From NCBI GenBank assembly GCA_965153285.1, contig OZ229123.1: a DNA stretch of 64,000 nucleotides; one strand, 5' to 3'. Made by a program: the position numbers and the translations under genes. This document shows, piece by piece, positions 26,121-36,570 of this stretch. Every line of letters starts with the position of its first letter. Positions within the stretch are counted from its first letter, which is position 1. This DNA is from Podarcis tiliguerta (taxonomy: Eukaryota). Below the pieces are notes generated by a model. It was given only the letters and a program-made list of their open reading frames with translations, had not been told where the DNA came from and searched no databases.

Positions 26121-26289
26121 CCGTATTTTTTGCACCATAACATTCACTTTTTTCCTCCTAGAAAGTAAGGGGAAATGCCTGTGCGTGTTATGGAGGGAAT
26201 GCCTACGGGTGGCATGCCTATGGATTTTCCTCCTCTAAAAACTATGTGCGTGTTATGGTTGGGTGCGTGTTATAGAGCGAAAAATACGG
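26121..26289. mobile_element. 169-bp Tc2-like MITE related to the 47312-49067 element
   Basis: TA|CCGTATTTTT...AAAAATACGG|TA; shares subterminal blocks (cacttttt..cctcc..aaggggaaatg..tgtgcgt..tatgg). Confidence 0.85.
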
Positions 26290-29200
26290 TAGTTTGCTCA
26301 GATAATCAAAGGAGCAGCTAAACTTGCTTTATCAGGCTAGTCCAGTTCACATACACAGCCACCAATTTTCTTATTGTGCTTGACTATTTTAAAACAGGAT
26401 GCACTGCAAAGCTGCCAACTATATATCTGTTTGATGGATACAGTCCCTATGCTCTCACTGAAGGCAGAGGAAACCGGCTTGTACAAAATCTGTATCAAAG
26501 CAAGCCAACAGTTGTCTATATGACAGTATTGCTGGTTTTATTTCGAATCACTACCTTACAACTTAACCAGTGTGTCTGTGATATTTAAACTGTGAACATT
26601 TTAATATTTTTGAGGGTTATATGTGGGTAATACAAATGCATAAAATTTGGGTTGTCTAAAATGTGAAAAGTGGGCACATTAGACAGTAAGTCAATATGCA
26701 CTTTTATTCTTAATGGCAAGCTATCAGACCCCATGAAAGCACCTTGCTTGGACAACAGTTTTGCACTCAAATATCAAAGAATAAAATTAAACCCCAACCC
26801 AACTGGATTTTGGTGGACTGACAGTCAGCTTGAGGGTGGAGGTGGGATATGCATTTTCCCCTACATTGGACCACAAGTAGCCACTATACCTTGCTCATAA
26901 TGTCACTGTACTTTGTGCACTTAAGAATACACACATCAGAGAGAGAGAGAGAGAGAGAGAGAAGGTGGAATTGTCTGATAGATTTCTTATTCATCTTATG
27001 TGCCCCACTTTCCAAAAGCACAAGTTGCTCACTGGATAGTGCCATGAAAGGAAAAGAGACTGATTGATTTTTGGATTCGCAAGTTACTTACACAAGTTTC
27101 TTAATCTGAAGGAAGTAAATTGTTTTTCCTTTTAAAAAGGGGGACATGTAATGGCCAGGAAAATTTGGCATTTTATATTTATGTTGTAGTTTGTTTGACT
27201 CAGAGTTAACTTCTATTGACGTTGCTTTCATTACTTTCATACTGTAAAAACTTTTGTTTCATGAGGGTGGAGTGCCTAGGTACAAATAAACTAACCTAAT
27301 CAGTTACAGTAAATCGATAGAATTAGGAGTAAATTCACAAGATTATATGCTTCTAATTAGAGATTAGCTCACTGATAATAGGACTGCAAACTCAAATCGG
27401 TTTTATCACTAACCAATTATCACAGAAACACCACTCAGCACACAAACATGGAGAGGAAGGCTGGGAAGACACACACTCTCTCTCTCTAACACACACACAC
27501 ACCATTCACACTTTAGCACCCCTATTTTGTGGTCAACAGGTGATACAAATATAAGGAGAGAAAAACCTCAGAACTGTGTTATAACAAGGTCCAGAATATT
27601 GGTACTTTTGTGTTCTAAACATCAACAAATCTCAGACAAAAAATCATATGCAGATATGGATTTGATGCTCTCACTCTGAAGCTTTCGTATCCCTCCTGTG
27701 CCTCATCCATTTACCCACTATTTAATCCCATTAGCCTTCACTCTCAGCACAGCTGATCTTATTACTGAACACCGTGAACATCAGGCTCTCATTAAACAGT
27801 ATAGTTCACCGAAGGATTAATCATTTTAAGTGACTCAGGCTGCTCAATCCAGGGCACAGCTATAAAAGCATCTGCAGCTCTTCCTTGGTCAACAATGCTT
27901 TGTCTCTCTGAGCTTGTTGTTGGCACAATACATTGTAAAAATAAACAAACAAGATCTTGAACTGCAGAACAATCACAGGAATATGCTGGATATCCTGCAG
28001 TTTTCTCAAACTGCTCTGCAATGTAAGCTCTTAAAGTTGGAGGTTATGTTATGTCCAATATGACTTTAAAAGCAAAAGCAATAATAATAATAATTTTACT
28101 ATTTATACCCCACCCATCTGGCTGGGTTTCCCCAGCACTCTGGGTGGCTTATAGCACATAAAGGGATTACAGGGCTCACAGACGTAGCCCAGTGCTGCTC
28201 TTACATTCCATTCATGTGTATTTCTAGTTTCCTACCACATACAAGCCTATGTTTCATAGTCCTAACAAGTCAAAACAACATTTTTCTGTTGGGTGTGGTC
28301 AAGGAGCAGAAACAGAGGAAGGCGAAGATGCAGAACTTGATGAAGTCAAGTTGGTGGTGCGCTGCATGTTGACTCAACGTAAGAGCCTCTACAAGTTAAA
28401 CCACATCTTGATCCTTACATCTTAACTCACTAAGTTTGATCAAACTCCTCTTCAAAATTAATGGCAAAGACTACTAACTTGAATTAGTGCCAAGAGGTGG
28501 TGGCATGCAGATAACAAACAGGAAAAAGCCAACATTCGCAAATGTTTATCTCGGTTTGGAATCAGAGAAGTCAAGTCAATGGAATCCAAGAACAGTCAAG
28601 TCAATGGATGCCAGGGCTGAATCAGCCAATATACAAAAACCAAAACTTGGCATTCTTGGGGTTCACCAGGACATGAAAAATGTAGCATTTCCTTATTGTG
28701 CTCTTGTTATCTGGCAGAAGGCACTCAAGTTGTGAGCCCAGTCTACGCCATTTGATCCATTGCCCGACACCTTAGCCAGTCTGTTTCAACGTCCATAATA
28801 CTCTACTTAGATAAATCGCTCTGTTTCTCTAATGTCTCTCTACATAGAGAGTCCAGACTTCTTTTTCAGAAGAAGGAAACCTGAGCATTACTCACTGTAC
28901 AGCCATTAATAAAAATAACAGGGGAGGAGATGAAGCAGGTAAAAGACAAAATGAAGCCAAATTTTGTGTGTTCATGTACAGAGCAAAGCAGACCTAAGCA
29001 GTTAAACTGGAGCCCAAGGGAAGTCCTGCTTTTCAGGGACTATTCTGGCATAAGGTGTTACTCTCCCTTCCTATCATCCTCACTCTGACAGCTGAAAAGA
29101 AGGAGCATCTCCCAAAGCAATCTGTCTTCCCTCCACAAACAGAGCAAGCATGTTATAAAATTAATGGATAATTCTAGAGGCAAACATTTTAAGCAAACCA

Positions 29201-31778
29201 AGTGACAGGTCATCTGGAAATTATATGTAGTAGTAGTATCCCATTCATAGCATAAGGTCAGTTAATAATGGAAAGGGAAAGAAGAGTCAACAGGAAGGAT
29301 AAAACATCACACACACAAACATACACACCTTGCAGATTAGAGAAGTCACATTACTGTATAAGAAAATCAATAAAAGCAGCTAAGTGAAACTTTAGAACAC
29401 AGGAAAAAATGAACAATGTCCTTCATTCGCAGGTGTTAAATTAAAAAGAAAGGTATCTTGTATCAAGGAGACCTAAAAGCTTCACCAAGAGTTATGATGA
29501 AAAAAGATGGTAAATGAGGTAGGATTTAACAGCTACCATGTATGTGTAAAAGCATATCCTGAACGGTGGACCTTTCGGCAAAATGTTGGTAAAAAACTTG
29601 CTGGTAAAAAGGACACCCATTTGGACAAGTACAGTAGTTGACTCATTCCCTTACAAGAAAAATAAAAGGCTTTGGGAATCATTACTGACACATCACAACC
29701 ATCGTCAACCTAGTGCCCTCCATCAGGTCCAGGCAAGCCAAGGCCCAAACTTCTGGAAGACACCAGTTTGTGCGGAAATTGGCACAGTAGAAAGAAGGCA
29801 GATGATGCCCCACCCTTCCACATTCTAATTCCCACTGCAAAATAGTTCATCTTCAGTAAAAGCCTCAGAGTGGCCAAAAATAAACCCAAGAAACTAACAT
29901 ATTTGCCTCTTGAGCACAAGAGGAAAATATTAAAGCCAGACCTCAGCTAAGTACAACAAATGCTTTAGTACTAGACAGTTTAGCTGAGCTATTGCCAGCA
30001 GACAGTGTTATTAGAAGAAAAAACAATTCTGGTACAGAAGAATTGCATCCCGGGATCTGTCGCCTGTGAGATCTTTGTCCAGCTGGAATGTCTACTAGAA
30101 AAGGCAGAAGGAGGGATTTTATTACAGCCACCGCCCCCTCATTTGGCCCACAATTAATCCTTATGCAATGCCTGCAAACTAACCCAAAATAAACTAGAGT
30201 CTGATGCTGCTAGGAAAATCTTTGGCTAGCTTTTCCCAGTCTGCTGTCTCCTTCCAAACACACACACACATACACACACACTCCAATACAATCACTGTCA
30301 TGCTTTATAGAAGGCGATTGATCTATGTAAAGAAAGATAAGAAGAAGTAGGATTAAACAATTAGAAAGCGATTATATGTTAAACTTCTTAAAATAAGCAT
30401 GGTGTATTCTTTGACCAGGACCTATAACAGCTGGGGGCTGGGGCCCCTCAAAGTGGATGGGCACTGCATTTCAAATAGTGTGCGCGCACTACATCTTGTG
30501 TTCAATTATGCAGGGCAGGGCTTACCCGCCCCTCCCAATATTTTATTCAAGTTGGCCCCCCTGATTACAAGGCAACTTTACACTAGGAGAATACAAACAT
30601 CAGACTTCTGGCCAGTCTTTATGGAAAAAGTGTCAAGGGGGTCTCAATGCACCTTATTTTCAACAACAACCCAAAGCTGCCTCTGAACCTGGTTGGGATT
30701 AGGCCTTTATATCAGCATTTTAAAACAAACAATGCAGAAGCAAGGTCTAAATTCACTGGTGACCAAACAAAACCTGATATTTGGCAAGACTGTCTCGTTA
30801 AGACCAAGTTTGTAACTAAGCTACCTCACATTTCAAAAGAGCCTGAATGGACTCCGCACACTTTGGCCCTCAAACACCAACCAGCTGCCAAAAGTTTCAG
30901 GTTCCTACTGACTCAGGAGGTCTCCAGCTTTGTTCAAATAAACTCTTTAACATACACATAAAAATGTGCACAGAACAAACAGGCTCCTGGACTTACGATA
31001 CAGTTCAGATGGAAATACTTATTTAAAAAAAGAAAAGGCGTGCTAACATCTTAACATACTGTTTCCTTACAAGAACAATTCTATTTCTGAAGCACACGAA
31101 GGTTGTGTGTGATACTGTCTAAAGAATCCTTCCTCTCAGTTTTATTTCCTGCAAAATGATTCTAGAGCTTCTCTTCAGAACCGACACTGCTTTTCCCATT
31201 CATGTAGACATCTCTGTGTCTGAACAAGCAGCCACAAACGTTTCCACTTACTAATCCAAAATCTCTAATTTAGAGTCTTGTGGTAAATCCATGACACTTA
31301 ATGTCTTTGCATGATTATTTTTAGGGTTACAGTAGCTCTCTGTAACTGCCCAAGCCTGTCACAGAGGCATCAAGGGTAGAGGGGAAAGTTACAATAAACT
31401 TTGTTGGGAAAACAGATAGGGTATGTTTGTTTGTTTATACATACATGAATAAATTGGGGGCACTTAGCTCACCAATCCCATATGGATCAAGCTGCGCAGA
31501 ACTGGTACTGAATATCAAGGTCGTCAACTGCTAAGTGTTGAGCATTTCAAACGTGAGCTAGCAGCTAACATTTGTGCTCTTATGCATGAGCAGAATCCCA
31601 TTGGCTTCGCCAGACTAAAGTTAGTGGTATTAAGTGACAAGCATGGTAACCCCACAAATGCTGTAATAATGGAAACTGAGCAACGAGGAAGACAAGGAGG
31701 AAGGCGGGGAGGGTAAAATCAAAGAGAGAATGAGCAACAGAACAAGAGAAAGGGGATAGAAAGCCATCAGTTACGTAC

Positions 31779-31781
31779 CTC
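31779..31781 (-). CDS. CYTH3: CYTH3 3-nt alternative microexon GAG (adds third Gly in PH beta1/beta2 loop)
   Basis: - strand reads tctgcattag|GAG|gtacgt; G+GAG+GC gives GGA GGC; lies in the intron where cytohesin 2G/3G microexons are known. Confidence 0.85.
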
Positions 31782-32383
31782 CTAATGCAGAATAAGCAGA
31801 GACAGCCAGTCACAGAACAGAAAGGTGATAGGTCATAGGCCATAAGGAAAACAAGAAGGCACATTTAAACCACTCATTAAAAAATCATAGCCAAAAATCA
31901 AACCAACAGAAATAAACAAGTACCAGGGTTTTGGGGAGGGGGGGACTAAAGACATACAGGAATAACCTTTGGAAGAGAGAAGTGTGTTCTTTTTGTGTGA
32001 CCGCACAGAAAACCTAATTGTGAATCAACACAACAGCATTATTGCAAAAGGTTTAAAGTTTTTTTTAAACAACAACAACCCTGTAATCTATCAGATTCTG
32101 CTACCTTTACGAAAGAAAGAGCCGGGACTCGGTTTCGGCTGAGGTTTTCAACCCCAAGAAGCTGGAAATCAAACTTCACTCAAAATTGTGAAGTAGGAGG
32201 ATAATAAAGTAGTAATAAGACAAAAGAATTATGTAAAGTGGTTGGCAATATTTGAGCAGAAACTAATACTGATTCCATTGCATTAAATTTTCAATGTAAT
32301 AGTGGGGCGGGGGGAGGGGATAACAAAAGCAGCACATGCTAATACACAAAATAAAGTATCAGGGAAATTATCCACTTACTGAC

Positions 32384-32495
32384 CTAATTTCAGCAGCCAA
32401 CCTTCTCGGTCTGGGTTAAAAAACGTATGAGTTAAATCATTCCCATCATCTTCTGGGATTTTAAAGGGCTCATTTTTAATGCTTTCGTATAAATT
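32384..32495 (-). CDS. CYTH3: CYTH3 exon 9 ([37 protein letters not shown])
   Basis: ccag|AAT...TTAG|gtcagt; 112 bp. Confidence 0.97.
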
Positions 32496-32966
32496 CTGGA
32501 AGAAAACAGGAGAGGAAAAGTTTAACACCACTGCCAGGGCTGCAAGGTGCAGCCAGCAGGTTCTGTCAAAGCACCTCAAAGAAAAACTAAAATCAATTAT
32601 TTTCGTAGAAACTATTTGCACGATCATATCTGCAAATAATTTTGCACTTTTCATGGGCAAGGTAAGCATGTATTGTGCTAGCTATGTTAATTGTTCAACA
32701 GTAGGTCACAAAAAAGGCAAAAATGGAAGCACTGAAAATTAAATAATCTGTAAACATGTTCAACCATTCAAAACACACCAGGAAACACCTGAATCAGGTA
32801 AAATGGGTTTGCATGAATCTCTCACTTTGAGAATCATCCACTTTACAGAAAGCAAAAAGGCTAATGAGATTTTTCCTTGGAAAATAGTAGTTCTACTTTG
32901 GAAATCTGCAGGAAGAAGCATCTACCTGCAAGATACACACTCGTTTATATATATATATATATATAT

Positions 32967-33798
32967 TTGCTTTCGTAGATTTTCACGGGTACAGGAATGC
33001 AGGTTTTGGTGTCCTCGGGTGTCTTCCCGTGTAAAATTCCAAATTGCTCTTTAACATGGAACATCACCACAAGAGAATAATCATGGAAGCCATCGAGATA
33101 GAGAAACACCCTCACAACATGAACAAGCGTGACGACACATCCCGCTTGCCAGACATCTGGAAATTAGCCCTCCCCACAAAATCTGACACCAGATCCAGAG
33201 GCACACAGAACGCCATCACCAATCAACCACACCAGACCCAAACCCAGACCCTCTCCACAGATAAATTACAGACACCATCCAGTAGCCAAACCAGGGTGGC
33301 ACCTCCGGATGCTGCACCCCCCTGCAATCCCTACACAGATCTGGCTGGCACAGGCCACAAAACCACAGCTCGCCCCTATACACGAAGCCAAGCCAGAGCA
33401 CAGCCAAGTGCAGTACAGCCATCTTCTCAGAAAAACTCTTCACAAAGTTCAAGAGTTCAAGACACGAAGGCTTTAGCAACTAATCCACACCTAATGACCC
33501 ACCTAAGTGGGATTCAGGAAATCACTCAAGAAATCACTCAAGATATCCCTCAAGTAATTAAGGAACAAAAGAAGAAAAGGCACACTAGCCTGGGAACCTC
33601 CTCTCTGCCCAGAACATTGGAGGCTATACACCACACCTCCTCAACAGTATTTATAGGAACTCAAACACTGAGATCCTGCTCTGTTCCAGTAACAAGAAGC
33701 CGAAAGCACCAGCCTGAAGATGACGAGTGAGACCTCGTCGAAACGTCGCCTAGACACCCCAACTTTTACACGGGAAGACACCCGAGGACACCAAAACC

Positions 33799-33803
<5 letters not shown>
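32967..33803 (+). mobile_element. Penelope-like element (PLE), 5'-truncated, with inverted partial pLTR
   Basis: GIY-YIG C-terminal peptide RIIMEAIEIEKHPHNMNKRDDTSRLPDIW; perfect 40-bp inverted repeat 32997-33036/33764-33803; hammerhead motif; flanked by (TA)n on both sides. Confidence 0.88.
33711..33750 (+). ncRNA. Minimal type I hammerhead ribozyme in PLE pLTR
   Basis: CTGAAGA (33714-20), t, stem II gacgag/ctcgtc, GAAA (33740-43), cg, TC; helix III is replaced by palindromic ACGT. Confidence 0.75.
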
Positions 33804-33838
<35 letters not shown>

Positions 33839-34567
33839 ATAAACATCTTTCCATATTCAGCAGGACATAGAGGTACTATGGTAGTTGAATGTGAGGGAAG
33901 AAGCAGAGGCAAGCTTGGTCAACACATAACAACCATGATAGGTGAATGTACAGTTAACCATTTGTGTTGGAAGCATTTGTTCATCTTCAGAGATGGAGCT
34001 CCTATCCAGGAAAGGTTCCGTAGTAGAGCACATCTTGCATGCAAAAAGGCCCCAGATTCAATCCCTGGCATTTCCACTTTAGGACCGCCAGAAACTCTGG
34101 AGAGCCACTTGCACACAGCACAGGCAGTTCTGAGCTAGATGGACTAGAGGTCTCACTCAGCTTCTTATGTACCAATGTCAGTTATGTAGATGTGTGGAGG
34201 ACATTACAGTTAATGGCCCCTTGCTCACACAAGAAAGTTAGTTCAAAATGCTGCATAAAGTATAAACACAACTGAACAAAAGCAAGTGTAAAGTAGTGGC
34301 TGGCGTGGTGGACCTGGAGACTGGGGAAACCCCAGTTCAGTTCCCAGCACAGTCCCTAAAGACTGATTGCTGTCCTTGGGGGCAAGCCAGCTATTCTCAA
34401 GCTAGCATTACTGAGAGAATTCTTTCTCCAGAGATCCAATGTTACATGATAATAAATCCTATTGTGTTGGTTCCCAAAGAGATCAGTGCCAAAATTGATG
34501 CACTTGTTTCTTGGCCCCACATCAAAAGCAGAAAGTCGGCACACTTGCCGTTGTAAAAGCAGCTTAC

Positions 34568-34716
34568 CCGCAGCAGTTCCTCGGGGAGGTCCCCGCCCTC
34601 GTTAATACCTCGATTCATAGATATAAACCGCTCCACTGTTGGTTTGTCTCTGACATTGTGGTTGTGTAGACTAGTGTTTAACATAATGATTGCAAAGGAT
34701 AGCACATAGCATGTAT
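34568..34716 (-). CDS. CYTH3: CYTH3 exon 8 ([26 protein letters not shown]...PEELLR)
   Basis: tcag|AT...CGG|gtaagc; 149 bp; overlaps ORF 34442-34705. Confidence 0.98.
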
Positions 34717-35222
34717 CTGAAATGCAGCATCAAAGCGGAATGATTACTCTTCATAAAACCAGCCCATGGCTAGTTATTAATAAGAAAGCAAGGGCATGAG
34801 AAGCCCAAAACCCCAATGGTGATAAGTCACACTTTGCAACCGGAGCTTTGAACCCACCCAAAGTTCTTATGTATGCCAGAAAAGAGGTAGCTAAAGTGAT
34901 TGTATGAAGATTTACTGCTTTTAGAAAAGAGCATGCCTGAACCACTCACAAATTAGTCTCAATTTCCCATAACTTAATTACCATTAAACAACATTCCAAA
35001 GCAGGCTAGATTAAAGAGATGAACAGTTCACCTTTCCCACTTGGGTCTCTTGAGAGGAACCATGGGTCTCAGCGGAGACACTGAGCCAGAGAAATGAGCT
35101 TGGACTCTTGTGCTCTCTCCAGTCAAGATTGTTACAGGTTTCTAGCTTCTTGTCATCCAATTTTTACCCAATATTACTGACACAATAAACACAATCAGGC
35201 TAGGAAAGCCGTCACCACTAAC

Positions 35223-35335
35223 CTGTAGACTGAAAGACTCCAGGGTTACAAAGGCAATAACGTGAAGCAAAAGCTTCCATCATGCGATCTATTTTTTGAG
35301 CCTCTCCCGGAAGCCTGAAACTCCACAGGAACTGC
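35223..35335 (-). CDS. CYTH3: CYTH3 exon 7 ([37 protein letters not shown]), catalytic glutamate finger
   Basis: gcag|G...G|gttagt; 113 bp; FRLPGE motif. Confidence 0.98.
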
Positions 35336-36312
35336 CTGCAAAGATATACATTAACTTGCATGTCAGATATCACCCACTACAGTATCTCTTGCTACAACAC
35401 TATCAAACACTATGTCTCTGTAGATCAGCACTGATTTCAAGTTTCCCCCCAAAATAAAATTGGTAGCCTAGCAGCTTACGTTAATCAGATGCCCCAGTCA
35501 TGTGTTACAATGAGCCACAGCTGATGGTTTACTATGACTGTGCCCACTTGTGCATTGTGGGAGAAAATCATGCTTCCTGGCTTAATATTACCCCCAACTC
35601 AGGATCATGGTATGTATTCCTCCCTTTCCTCTTGTCCAGTGTGGCCACATGGACAGTTCTGGGACCTTGCACTTCTGTTTTAGACTAATCATATCTTGTC
35701 ATGACTCATAACATCTGAATCAAACAAACCACAGTTAGTACTAACTAGGACTTACTAAACTAAACAATTTCATACCATGCTTTTATGAAACTGGTTTGCA
35801 TTAGTAAACTACAGTTAAGATTGACCATTGTTTAGGATTTGGCTACAACACAAAAGCACAGTTAATTGGAAAAAGAAGCTTGCAATTTCCTCACTGCACA
35901 ACCATTCCTGTAATGCTATGGGTTAACATTAAGTCCAAAGGCAACTAGAGTAATCACTCATCTCCACCTGGGTGAGTTCTGGCAGAGTTCATTAACACTA
36001 TTGCCAGCAATGCTGCTCTGCTTATAACACCCCTTTGACCCTTCAAAATACATTACTGAAATGCACCATGAAACAAATTATTTTATGGTAACATTGAATT
36101 ATATAGGCAACAAAACTTATATCCTTCATTTAACAGCATGCCAAACTTGAAAGAGGAGTTATTTACTGTTTTGGGTAACATTGTGTTATCAGTGGTGGAG
36201 GTTCAAACCATAATAGGTCAAGGTAGTCTCTAACACTATTTGCTGTGACTTATCAACATGGCCTGGAATTCTTCTTTTCTTTAGCTATATATTTCATAAC
36301 CTTATATTTCAG

Positions 36313-36352
<40 letters not shown>

Positions 36353-36489
36353 ACACACACTGTTATTTGCGTTTCTCACCAAATTGAGGCATTGCGGGGC
36401 AGATTCTGTTATTTTTGTGGCCTCTGCTTAAAAATTGCAAATATATTTAGGAAAAAGTTGTAAGAGAGTTTTTTTTTTAGTGTGCTCAC

Positions 36490-36570
36490 CTTAAGGCTTG
36501 TACAAGATTGAGATCAGCAAACTCATGGAGTTCAACAAAAGCCTGAAGTACTTTAATATTAAAGTCATCC
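36490..36570 (-). CDS. CYTH3: CYTH3 exon 6 ([26 protein letters not shown]), Sec7
   Basis: acag|G...AG|gtgagc; 81 bp. Confidence 0.97.

Noticed and set aside
28836-28880. Possible alternative terminal exon in CYTH3 intron 9 (GFLLLKKKSGLSM*)
   Set aside because: Poor polypyrimidine tract and no homology I can recognise; consistent with chance.
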